A DNA stretch of 46,425 bases from Chloroflexota bacterium (lineage in GTDB: Bacteria > Chloroflexota > Anaerolineae > Anaerolineales > Anaerolineaceae), in assembly GCA_019136215.1 (NCBI GenBank), contig JAGVUP010000179.1:1-46425 (forward strand), given 5' to 3'. The translations under genes and the position numbers were made by a program. The notes beneath the pieces are model-generated. The model made no database searches. It had not been told where the DNA came from and was given only the letters and a program-made list of their open reading frames with translations. Shown piece after piece: positions 1-8,424 of this stretch (its first letter is position 1; each line of letters starts with the position of its first letter).

Positions 1-1218
1 TTACTGTCTTCGGCGGGTAATGCGGTCGAAGATCACTGCCAGAACGAGCACCGCGCCACGGACGATATATTGAATGGAAATATCAATGTTCATCAGGTTC
101 ATGCCGCTGGTCAGAGACATCATCACCAGGGCGCCGATGATGGAGCCGGTGATGGTACCCACGCCGCCGGCAGCCGACACGCCGCCAACAAAGGCAGCCG
201 CGATGGCGTCGGTCTCAAAACCCAACCCGGCTGTCGTGGTTGCCGAGCGCAAGCGGGACGCGTACATGATGCCTGAAAGCGAAGAGAGGAAACCCATAGC
301 CCCAAACACGATGTAGGTGATCTTAGAAACGCTGATGCCGCTGAGTTCCGCGGCTTCAGGGTTGCCTCCGACCGCGTAGATGTGGCGACCGAGCGGCGTT
401 TTGGTCGTGATGAACTGGAAAGCTGCCACAACCAAGAACAGAATCACCAGGCTCCAGGAGATGCCGTTATAGCCTGAGAGGATCCAGGAGACGTATCCAA
501 TCAATCCTGAAACCAATACCAACTGGGCAACAAATAAACTGAAGCGGGGAACTTCGAAGTTGTAGGAGAGCTTCGTCCGCCGTCCCTTGATTGATGAGAG
601 CACGTAGAGGATAATGGCAACTATACCCAGGATCAGGGTCAGCTTATGGCGACCGGGCAGAATCCCTTCGAGCGGCAAATCAGGAATAAAACCGTTGCCG
701 ATAGCATTAAAGACGGGGTTCTTGATCACGATCGTGCCCGTGCCCATGGTGACCAGCAACAAGGCGCCTCTGAAGATCAGCCCCGCAGCCATGGTCGAGA
801 CGAAAGCCGGCACGCCGAGCTGCGCGACAGGCGTGGCGGTCAGCATGCCTGCCAGCACGCCCATGATCATCACGGCGGGGATAACCGCGTAGACAGGCCA
901 GCCCCAGAAGGTCATCGCGATCGCAGAAAACGCGCCGAGAAAGCCAGCAAGGTAACCAACCGAAAGTTCAATGTGGCGGATGACGATGATGAGAGTCATT
1001 CCGACTGCCAAAACCGCGATGTAACCCATTTGGTTGATCAGGTTGCTGATATTCCTGGAGGAGATAAAAACACCGTCAGTCGTGATTGTGAAGAAGATCA
1101 TGATGACAATCAGAGCGATAAACATAAAATAATCGCTGATATTGCTTTTCAGGATGTCCAGCAAGCTTTTTGATGGTTTTGCTTCACTTGTTTTTTGCTT
1201 TAGATCTTCCATTGCCAT
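1..1218 (-). CDS. Monosaccharide ABC transporter permease (XylH/GguB/MglC type)
   Basis: The 405-aa ORF is very hydrophobic with many TM segments. Its C-terminal half (GRHIYAVGGNPEAAELSGI...) is typical of branched-sugar ABC permeases. The TAA stop occupies nt 1-3, and there is a 3-nt gap to the upstream ATPase gene. Confidence 0.85.
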   Translation of the reverse strand: MAMEDLKQKTSEAKPSKSLLDILKSNISDYFMFIALIVIMIFFTITTDGVFISSRNISNLINQMGYIAVLAVGMTLIIVIRHIELSVGYLAGFLGAFSAIAMTFWGWPVYAVIPAVMIMGVLAGMLTATPVAQLGVPAFVSTMAAGLIFRGALLLVTMGTGTIVIKNPVFNAIGNGFIPDLPLEGILPGRHKLTLILGIVAIILYVLSSIKGRRTKLSYNFEVPRFSLFVAQLVLVSGLIGYVSWILSGYNGISWSLVILFLVVAAFQFITTKTPLGRHIYAVGGNPEAAELSGISVSKITYIVFGAMGFLSSLSGIMYASRLRSATTTAGLGFETDAIAAAFVGGVSAAGGVGTITGSIIGALVMMSLTSGMNLMNIDISIQYIVRGAVLVLAVIFDRITRRRQ

Positions 1219-1221
1219 CTC

Positions 1222-2745
1222 CTAATAATCTACCGCCAATGCCATGATGCGTTCCTGAGACGCTTCTTCGACAGGCATTTCACCGTTAATTTTTCCTGCG
1301 GACATGACATAAATACGGTCGCTCATGCCGAGGATTTCGGGCAGTTCAGAGGAAATCATGATAATGCTCATTCCCTGTTCCACCAATGAATTCATAATTG
1401 TATAAATCTCATATTTCGCGCCAACATCGATACCCCGCGTGGGTTCATCCAGGACCATGATTCCGGGTTTGACGAACAGCCACTTGCCAAGCGAGACTTT
1501 CTGTTGGTTGCCGCCGCTCAGGTTGCGTACTTTCTGCTGAATGGAAGGCGTCTTGATGTTGAGCTCCGTGCGGTATTTGTGCGCAATGAGGATTTCCTCG
1601 TTTTCATTAATAACACCGCTGGAAGTGATTTCCTTTAGGTTAGCAAGGCTGATGTTATGCTTGACGTCATCGATCAGGATCAGCCCGTTGCCTTTGCGGT
1701 CTTCCGTGACGTATGCCATCGAGGACCGGATCGCGTCATGTGGGTTGTGGAATCTCTGCTCTTTGCCGCGGATGAATACTTTGCCGCTCAGGCGGTAGCG
1801 ATCCGGGTTGCCGAAGATACTTTTTGCCAGTTCAGTGCGCCCCGAGCCCATCAAACCCGCGATCCCAACGATCTCACCAGCGCGGACGCTGATGTTTACG
1901 TCCTTGAGAATGTCTCTGCCGAGCGCGTAAGAGAAGGCAGACCAGTCCTCGAGCCGCAGCACTTCTTCGCCTATGTTTACCTTTTCCCGCTTGGGGAAGA
2001 TGTTATCGATCGACCTGCCGACCATATGCTTGATGAGGACAGGTTCATTGACCTTGTCTTCCTCAACGTTGAGGGTCGTGACCGTTTTGCCGTCCCGCAG
2101 GACGGTGATGGTGTCGGCGATCTCGAGCACCTCGCGCAGTTTGTGCGAGATGAGGATGCAGGTGACACCCTGCTCTTTGAGCCCGCGGATCAGATGCAGA
2201 AGGTTATCGCTGTCGGTTTCATTTAAAGCAGCAGTGGGTTCATCCAGGATCAGGATCTTCACCTCTTTTTTCAGGGCTTTGGCAATCTCAACCAGTTGCT
2301 GCCTGCCTACGCCGAGGTTCTTGATCTTTGTGAGTGGATTGACGTCCAAGCCCACCTTTTTCAGAATGTCAATTGCCTGTGAGATCGATTCATTCGAATC
2401 GATCACAAGTCCATTGGTAACCTCATTGCCAAGGAAAATATTTTCATAAACGGATAATTCCGGGATTAATGCAAGTTCCTGGTAAATGATCGCGATCCCC
2501 GCGTTTTCGCTGTCGCGGATGCTGTTGAATTTTTGCAGTTGACCTTCAACGATAATTTCACCGGAATAAGTGCCGAAGGGATGCACACCGCTAAGCACTT
2601 TCATCAATGTTGACTTCCCAGCGCCATTTTCCCCCACAAGGCAGTGTACCTCACCTTTTCGCACACTAAAGGTTACATCATCCAACGCCTTCACTCCAGG
2701 GAATTCCTTGGTAATGGATTTCATTTCGAGAATGGGTGTCTCCAT
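1222..2745 (-). CDS. Sugar ABC transporter ATP-binding protein with duplicated NBD (GguA/MglA/XylG type)
   Basis: The protein is 507 aa with two ABC domains. Motifs seen: Walker A GENGAGKST, Walker B ILILDEPT, and in the second half LSGGNQQKV plus MVLDEPTRGIDV. It sits between the binding-protein and permease genes. Confidence 0.9.
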   Translation of the reverse strand: METPILEMKSITKEFPGVKALDDVTFSVRKGEVHCLVGENGAGKSTLMKVLSGVHPFGTYSGEIIVEGQLQKFNSIRDSENAGIAIIYQELALIPELSVYENIFLGNEVTNGLVIDSNESISQAIDILKKVGLDVNPLTKIKNLGVGRQQLVEIAKALKKEVKILILDEPTAALNETDSDNLLHLIRGLKEQGVTCILISHKLREVLEIADTITVLRDGKTVTTLNVEEDKVNEPVLIKHMVGRSIDNIFPKREKVNIGEEVLRLEDWSAFSYALGRDILKDVNISVRAGEIVGIAGLMGSGRTELAKSIFGNPDRYRLSGKVFIRGKEQRFHNPHDAIRSSMAYVTEDRKGNGLILIDDVKHNISLANLKEITSSGVINENEEILIAHKYRTELNIKTPSIQQKVRNLSGGNQQKVSLGKWLFVKPGIMVLDEPTRGIDVGAKYEIYTIMNSLVEQGMSIIMISSELPEILGMSDRIYVMSAGKINGEMPVEEASQERIMALAVDY

Positions 2746-2819
2746 TGGCGTCTCCTGTAAAAGTTTTGGATAAAGCAGTGACTGGTTTCCCAGTCACTGC
2801 TTTAGATTTAGAAAAAGGA

Positions 2820-3932
2820 TTACTCGAGGCCGGTGAAATCGCTGGCAGGATAGTATCCGGAGTCAACGATGGCGGCTTTGACATTGTCCTTGGTGACGGT
2901 GACAACAGCGGACGGTTTGGCAGGCACTTCGATAACGTTGTTGTTATAGGTGTGGGTCTGCTCGGGGGTCTTTCCATCGAGGAAAGCGATCGCGGCTGCG
3001 ATGGCATCAGAAACGAGGGTGCGGACATCTTTAAGGACGGTCATAGACTGCTTACCATCGATGATGTACTGGACAGAGGCTTTTTCAGCGTCCTGACCGG
3101 TGACATAGTACTTGGTCACATCAGTGTCGGCGGCGAAAGCGTCAGCGATAGCGCGGGCGGTGCCGTCGTTTGGAGCGAGGATGAAGACTTCGCCCTTGTC
3201 CTCAGCGGTGGCGGCGGTCAGGTTGGCTTCTGCCAGGTTCTTGGCTACATTGAAGTCCCAGTTGGTCGTGATTTGACCGAGGATCTTGCCCATTTCATCG
3301 CGGGTCAGAGTGGCTTTGTCCTGCAGGGCAACGGCTTCCGGAGAGTTCTTGATCACGAAAGTGCCGTCAACGATCTTGGGCTGCAAAACATTCCAGGCGC
3401 CTTCAAAGAAGAGGAAGGCGTTGTTGTCGGAAGAGGCGCCAGCGTAGAGATAGAGCGGCAGACCGGTTCCGGCGGCGTTATCCACCAGGTATTGAGCCTG
3501 GGCGGCGCCAACAGCAACAGAATCGAAGGTCACATAATAATCAACGGCATCAGTGTCGAGGATCAGGCGGTCGTAAGAGACCACTTTCACACCGGCAGCG
3601 CGCGCGGCCTCAGCGGCAGCAGCGGCAGCAGTTCCGTCATGGGGGCAGATAATCAAAACTTTGATGCCCTTGGAAATCAGGGTCTCAACGTTTTGCTTCT
3701 CTTTGGCAGGATCACCCTGGCTGAAAAGAATCTCGACAGCGTAACCTTGTTCGGTCAGCGCGTCTTTGAACCGGGTTTCATCCTGGATCCAGCGGGGTTC
3801 ATCTTTAGTGGGGAGCACAATACCGACAGCCAGTCCCTTTTCTTCCGCTGGTTTCTGGGCGCACGCACCCAGAATCATGCTCGCAACGATTAAAACACTT
3901 GCAAGCGACAACAAAAGCTTCATTTTTTTCAT
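2820..3932 (-). CDS. Sugar ABC transporter substrate-binding lipoprotein (ChvE/XylF-like, type I PBP fold)
   Basis: The protein is 370 aa with a lipoprotein signal (MKKMKLLLSLASVLIVASMILGAC). GIVLPTKDEPRW...KVLIICPHDG... resembles multiple-sugar-binding proteins. It is the first gene of a 3-gene operon. Confidence 0.85.
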   Translation of the reverse strand: MKKMKLLLSLASVLIVASMILGACAQKPAEEKGLAVGIVLPTKDEPRWIQDETRFKDALTEQGYAVEILFSQGDPAKEKQNVETLISKGIKVLIICPHDGTAAAAAAEAARAAGVKVVSYDRLILDTDAVDYYVTFDSVAVGAAQAQYLVDNAAGTGLPLYLYAGASSDNNAFLFFEGAWNVLQPKIVDGTFVIKNSPEAVALQDKATLTRDEMGKILGQITTNWDFNVAKNLAEANLTAATAEDKGEVFILAPNDGTARAIADAFAADTDVTKYYVTGQDAEKASVQYIIDGKQSMTVLKDVRTLVSDAIAAAIAFLDGKTPEQTHTYNNNVIEVPAKPSAVVTVTKDNVKAAIVDSGYYPASDFTGLE

Positions 3933-4065
3933 TTCTTCTCCTTAAATAGTTTTGCGGCAATCGCTGCAGCCCCTGAGCCGATCATTTGTAAATCCCATAA
4001 GCTGGTTTTAGTTGAGGACAGCAGCTTTTACCAAGTTATTTGAAACATCTCGGCTTTATGTCGAT

Positions 4066-4110
4066 ATTATAACTCAAAGAATAGTTTGGAGTGTCGATTC
4101 GCAACTATTC
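4066..4110 (-). promoter_or_regulatory. Candidate promoter -10 (TATAAT) plus 8-bp-arm inverted repeat upstream of the sugar ABC operon
   Basis: A minus-strand TATAAT lies at 4066-4071. The inverted repeat GAATAGTT (4079-4086) / AACTATTC (4103-4110) has a 16-nt spacer and covers the expected -35 region. No good -35 hexamer is present. Confidence 0.3.
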
Positions 4111-4370
4111 TCAATACCGCAAGACCGAGAGTTATTGTTTATCAAATGTATCTATGACTGGAGAAGCCATAAAGATTGAATGAAGGACAGAGTCCTTGTT
4201 GGAAAAGGACAAGAGGCAAAGGTCCCCATCCGTACGAATCTCCTCAGTCCAGTACCAAATTGTCACAAATGGGGAAGCTTTGCGCTGATCCACGGTCTCA
4301 TTGGCAGCGACGCAATCTTCAAACTTCATGGCGGCTGCGGCGGATAAATACGATGCGGAAAACGGAAGAA

Positions 4371-6110
4371 TTAATATAATTGCTGCTGGGCGGTGTAGAG
4401 CTTGTAATACAATCCTTTTTCTGCCAGCAGTTCCTCATGCGTTCCAGCTTCGACAATTTTCGCGCCTTCCAATGCCACGATCCGGTCCGCGTTGCGCACC
4501 GTCGAAAGCCTGTGGGCGATGATGATCGTCGTGCGTCCCTTGATCAGGCGTTCCAATGCCTGCTGAATTAGCAGCTCAGTCTCGGTATCCACCGATGAGG
4601 TTGCCTCATCCAAAATCAGGATCGGGCTGTCCTTCAGCACCGCGCGGGCGATCGAAAGGCGCTGTTTTTGCCCGCCCGAAAGCTTCACTCCACGTTCTCC
4701 AATCAGCGTGTCGTACCCGTGAGGCATCTGGTCAATAAACTCGGCGGCATTGGCAATCTGCGCGGCGCGGATCATCTCTTCTTCCGTTGCGTCGGGCTTT
4801 CCAAAGAGAATATTCTCGCGAACGGTTCCGTGAAAAAGGAAAACATCCTGCAAAACCATGCTCACTGATTGATGCAGTTGCTCAAGCGCGATATCGCGCA
4901 CATCCACGCCATCAATAAACACGCTGCCCTGGGTAACGTCATAAAAGCGCGGGATGAGGCTCACCAGAGTCGTCTTGCCCACACCGGTGGGACCGACCAG
5001 GGCGATAGTGCTGCCGGCGGGTATTTCCAGATTGATGTCCGTGAGCACTTCCTCGCCCGGATTGTAGTGAAAACCAACGTTCTCAAAGCGGACATTCCCA
5101 CGAATGGGCTCGGGGAATTCGTGCGGTTCCGCCGGTGAGGCGATTTCCGGTGGGACGATGAGGATATCGGCAATGCGTTCAAAGCCGGCAAGGGATTCCT
5201 GTACGGCTTCCATCGAGTTGCCCAGGTTTCGGACGGGGGTATAGAAGCTGTCGAGATATAAGAAAAAAGCAACCAGGTTGGCGATGGAAAGCGTGCCGCC
5301 GATCGCCATGCGCGCGCCAAAAAAGATGACCAACAGTTGACCAATGCCGGCGGCAAGGTCAAAGATCGGGTTAAAGATTGCCATCAACTTTAATGCGCGT
5401 AAGTTTTTATGCAGCACAAGCTGAATTTTGTTATCCACCTTGTCCAGCTCATCTTCTTCCCGGGCAAACGCTTTCACTTCCCGGATTCCTGAAAGGCTGT
5501 CGTTAAGGACCGCGTTCAACTCACCCAAGGACTGCTGGCGAGTCTTGAAGGCGGGGCGGACGAGTTTGCTGTAACCGATCAGCGCGAAAATGATCAGCGG
5601 GATGGGGATGAGGGTCAGCAGGGTGAGCCGCACGTTCATGGAGAGCAGGATGGCAGTCACACCAATTAGCGTGATCCCGTTCACGATCACATCCGGCAGG
5701 GCGTGGGCAATCATACGTTCAAAGAGGTCGGTGTCATTGATGATCCGCGACATCAACTGCCCGGTTTGTTTGTCCTCGTAAAACCGCAGCGAAAGCTTCT
5801 GGATGTGCTCATACACCAGTCGGCGCGCATCCGAGACGACGCCCCAGCCAGCTTTGTGGGAAGCGTAGGAGCGGGTGAATTGCATCAAAGCCCGGGCAAC
5901 GAACACCATCAGGGCGATCAGGGAGATGCGGGTGATGAAATCAAGCGTGCCCTGATTCAGCGGTTCGGTTGTGAGACGGGCGATGAGTTGGCGGATGATC
6001 CAGGGGATGAACAACTGCGCTCCTACCAGACCCAGCATGGTCAGGGCAGTAAGAAGGATCAAACAGGAATACTTTTTTGCAAGTTTAGCAAGCAGAGCGA
6101 AAGGTTTCAC
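4371..6110 (-). CDS. ABC exporter, fused TMD-NBD half transporter (MsbA/multidrug type)
   Basis: The protein is 579 aa with an N-terminal 6-TM exporter domain. NBD motifs: Walker A GPTGVGKTT, signature LSGGQKQRLSIARA, Walker B ILILDEATS. The GTG start overlaps the upstream stop codon (GTGA at 6107-6110). Confidence 0.9.
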   Translation of the reverse strand: MKPFALLAKLAKKYSCLILLTALTMLGLVGAQLFIPWIIRQLIARLTTEPLNQGTLDFITRISLIALMVFVARALMQFTRSYASHKAGWGVVSDARRLVYEHIQKLSLRFYEDKQTGQLMSRIINDTDLFERMIAHALPDVIVNGITLIGVTAILLSMNVRLTLLTLIPIPLIIFALIGYSKLVRPAFKTRQQSLGELNAVLNDSLSGIREVKAFAREEDELDKVDNKIQLVLHKNLRALKLMAIFNPIFDLAAGIGQLLVIFFGARMAIGGTLSIANLVAFFLYLDSFYTPVRNLGNSMEAVQESLAGFERIADILIVPPEIASPAEPHEFPEPIRGNVRFENVGFHYNPGEEVLTDINLEIPAGSTIALVGPTGVGKTTLVSLIPRFYDVTQGSVFIDGVDVRDIALEQLHQSVSMVLQDVFLFHGTVRENILFGKPDATEEEMIRAAQIANAAEFIDQMPHGYDTLIGERGVKLSGGQKQRLSIARAVLKDSPILILDEATSSVDTETELLIQQALERLIKGRTTIIIAHRLSTVRNADRIVALEGAKIVEAGTHEELLAEKGLYYKLYTAQQQLY

Positions 6111-6748
6111 GATTGATGCGCGTCCTTACATGAGATGACCACTGTGGCAAACCTGCCCCAGCGCGGGAGTGGAATGCCCCAGGATTTTTGAAAGGCTTGG
6201 TCCTCCATCCAAAAGAGACCAGTGCCTTGCGTCACCCAGGAATTGATAAAACCCCATGGGGTATGGACATCACCGCTGTAATGGTCCGGATCATAAGCCG
6301 CGAAGACCATTGTATGCCCGCCAGCGCCTTTCAGCGCGTTGTAATTCACGGGGTGGTTCATGTAATAGATAGCGGGGGCTTGTTTGAACCACCAGTAGAT
6401 CGTTACCAGACTGGCAATATTCTCCGCTTCCGCGGTTGCCCGCAGAACCTCGGGACTAAGGTGGAAAAGCGACGCTTTGAGGGGCAGGCGGTGTTTCTTT
6501 GCCAGGTAGCGCAGCAGCCGCACTTGCAGAGGCGGGGTAATGCCGGATTTTGGCGCAAGACGAAAAACCCGCCCGCGCCACCAGAGCTTATTGATCTCAT
6601 CGATGATCTCCTGGGGGTCCAGGCGGACATCAGTCAACAGTTCAATAGCTGCCGAGATGGCGTGAACGGCGCAGTCGTTGCCAACTTGCAGGGATTGATA
6701 TTTAGCGAGATTCTCTTCGGGCAGGGCGCGCAAACTTGTTTTTTTCAT
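6107..6748 (-). CDS. Stand-alone papain-fold cysteine peptidase, C39-like
   Basis: The protein is 213 aa. QVGNDCAVHAISAAI matches the Gln-x4-Cys oxyanion/nucleophile pattern of C39 bacteriocin-processing peptidases. A later GGHTMVFAAYD supplies the His, followed by Asp/Asn candidates (DPDH, FINSW). No TM segment or signal peptide is visible. Confidence 0.55.
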   Translation of the reverse strand: MKKTSLRALPEENLAKYQSLQVGNDCAVHAISAAIELLTDVRLDPQEIIDEINKLWWRGRVFRLAPKSGITPPLQVRLLRYLAKKHRLPLKASLFHLSPEVLRATAEAENIASLVTIYWWFKQAPAIYYMNHPVNYNALKGAGGHTMVFAAYDPDHYSGDVHTPWGFINSWVTQGTGLFWMEDQAFQKSWGIPLPRWGRFATVVISCKDAHQS

Positions 6749-6880
6749 CAGGCTAATTCTACCTTCGCTTCCGCTTTTTTATCGAATTTTGCGCTGATCT
6801 GTCATCAGAAACGCGAGAAACGCAAGCGGATAAGCTGCGATTGCCCCGCACACACCTCACACCGCACACACGCGCGGGCA

Positions 6881-6909
6881 TTGACATTCTGAAAAAAGGA
6901 TGCTAACAT
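6881..6909 (+). promoter_or_regulatory. Sigma-70-type promoter of the riboswitch-btuFCD-like operon
   Basis: TTGACA lies at 6881-6886, followed by a 17-nt spacer and TAACAT at 6904-6909. It sits about 20 nt upstream of the riboswitch P1 stem. Confidence 0.5.
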
Positions 6910-6926
6910 CTTCCTGTAATTGAATA

Positions 6927-7038
6927 CCTGAGGTTACCCGACGCCCGGACGCCAAGGTGTAATGACGGAAGCTGGTGAAAGGCCAGCACTGTACCGCAAC
7001 TGTAAGTCTGAAAGACAAGTCAGAAAGCCTCCCTCAGG
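6927..7038 (+). promoter_or_regulatory. Cobalamin (B12) riboswitch aptamer, compact form
   Basis: P1 pairs CCTGAGG (6927-6933) with CCTCAGG (7032-7038). The core GGAAGCTGGTGAAAGGCCAGCACTGTACCGCAACTGTAAG matches the conserved GGTGAAA...CCGC.ACTGTAA core. The B12-box-like AGTCAGAAAGCCTCCC lies at 7018-7033. The element is located 5' of a BtuF/BtuC/BtuD-like operon. Confidence 0.75.
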
Positions 7039-7097
7039 AAAACCCAACAATACCTTCTCGGATTAGGAGGGTGGGTGAGATTTGGTTCTATTCTCAG

Positions 7098-7128
7098 CCC
7101 TTTCTAATTTAGAAGGGGTTGATTTTTT
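7098..7128 (+). terminator. Intrinsic terminator/attenuator (riboswitch expression platform)
   Basis: An 8-bp stem pairs CCCTTTCT with AGAAGGGG around the loop AATTT, followed by TTGATTTTTT. It lies between the aptamer and the ATG at 7146. Confidence 0.5.
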
Positions 7129-7145
7129 ATGAAATCGGAGAGAAT

Positions 7146-8396
7146 ATGAAAAAAATTGTAACCCTTCTAACTGTACTGTTCATTCTGGCGCTTAGCGCCT
7201 GCCAAGCTCCGGCAAAGCCGGTTGAAATTGTTCAAGAAGCCCCTGCCGCGGAACCCGTTGCTCCCGAAAGTCCTGCCGAAGAGGCTTATCCTGTCGAACC
7301 AAGCCCAGCGGAGACGGTTGCGGAAACCAGCCCCGAACCCGCCCCCGAAGAGCAGGTCACGGTTGACTATGCCAAAAACTTCACACTCGAGTATAAGGAC
7401 GGCTATAAACTTCTGAGCGTTCTAACCCCCTGGGCTGGCGCGGCGGAGCCTTTACAATATGCGCTTGTTCCAGCCGGGCAAGAGGACCCCAGCGGAATTG
7501 GTGACGCGATGGTGGTGCATACCCCGGTTGAGAGCTTCGTCTCACTTTCCACCACTTATCTGCCCTTCCTCGATCAAATCGATGAGCTCACAAGCCTTGT
7601 GGCTGTGGACAGCGGACTGTACACCTTCAATCCGGACGTACTGCTCTGGCTTGAAGCCGGGACGATCGCTGAGGTTGGCAGCGGTTCAATGATCAACGTG
7701 GAACAATTAGTTGAGCTTAACCCCGACCTGATCATGACCTCCGCCAGCGGTTTCGCGGAGTACGACTCGCACCCTCAATTGCTCGAAGCTGGCTTGAGCG
7801 TGGTCATCAATTCCGATTACCTTGAGTATGACCCGCTTGGTCGCGCGGAATGGGGCAAATTTATCGCCGCGTTCTTCGACAAGGAAGCCGAAGCTGACAA
7901 GTTGTTCGATGAAATGGTCGCTCGCTATGAGGAGGCGAAAGCGCTTGTAAGCAACCAGACTGAACCCGTGACCGTGTTTGCCAATACCGCCTATGAGGGT
8001 ACCTGGTATATGCCCGGTGGGGAAAGCTATATTGCCATCTTGCTTGCCGACGCCGGCGCGGATTACGTCTTCAAGGACCTCGAAGGCTCCGGCGCGCAGC
8101 CGCTTGATTTTGAGGTCGTGTTGGAACGCGCCAAGGACGCGGATTTTTGGGTCAACGTCGGAGCGATGACCGAACTGAAGGAGTTGGCAGGCATCGACGC
8201 CCGCTATGAGGATTTCGAAGCCTATCAGCAGGGCAAGGTTTACACTTACAGTAAGCGGATAACTGCCGCGGGCGGCGCGGACTACTTTGAGAGCGGCGTT
8301 GCCGCGCCGGACCTGATTCTGAAGGACCTGATCAAAGCCTTTTATCCCGACCTTCTGCCTGATTATGAATCGTATTACTATCAGGCGCTGAACTAA
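7146..8396 (+). CDS. Corrinoid/siderophore-type ABC substrate-binding lipoprotein (BtuF/FecB-like, cluster A PBP)
   Basis: The ORF track begins at 7119. I prefer the ATG at 7146, which has GGAG 5 nt upstream and yields the lipoprotein signal MKKIVTLLTVLFILALSAC. A Pro/Glu/Ala-rich linker is followed by a Peripla_BP_2-like body. The gene lies downstream of the B12 riboswitch. Confidence 0.8.
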   Translation: MKKIVTLLTVLFILALSACQAPAKPVEIVQEAPAAEPVAPESPAEEAYPVEPSPAETVAETSPEPAPEEQVTVDYAKNFTLEYKDGYKLLSVLTPWAGAAEPLQYALVPAGQEDPSGIGDAMVVHTPVESFVSLSTTYLPFLDQIDELTSLVAVDSGLYTFNPDVLLWLEAGTIAEVGSGSMINVEQLVELNPDLIMTSASGFAEYDSHPQLLEAGLSVVINSDYLEYDPLGRAEWGKFIAAFFDKEAEADKLFDEMVARYEEAKALVSNQTEPVTVFANTAYEGTWYMPGGESYIAILLADAGADYVFKDLEGSGAQPLDFEVVLERAKDADFWVNVGAMTELKELAGIDARYEDFEAYQQGKVYTYSKRITAAGGADYFESGVAAPDLILKDLIKAFYPDLLPDYESYYYQALN

Positions 8397-8424
8397 CTGT
8401 TGACTGATTTTTGAGTGTAAGCAG

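Noticed and set aside
2736-3893. Long antisense ORFs opposite clearly recognisable genes: 2736..3893 (+), 7707..8975 (-), 10607..11626 (+), 22867..24030 (+), 34101..35177 (+), 35687..36664 (+), 6188..6892 (+) and 24854..25327 (+).
   Set aside because: Each lies fully inside a gene with strong family motifs on the other strand. Their translations are low-complexity and Arg/Gly/Ala-rich, as expected for shadow ORFs in GC-rich DNA. None has a recognisable motif or RBS.
4132-4329. 65-aa ORF (MKFEDCVAANETVDQRK...) downstream of the peptidase/ABC exporter pair, considered as a possible cargo peptide.
   Set aside because: It has no Shine-Dalgarno sequence, no double-glycine-type leader and no recognisable family. 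It could be a spurious ORF in the promoter region of the sugar operon.
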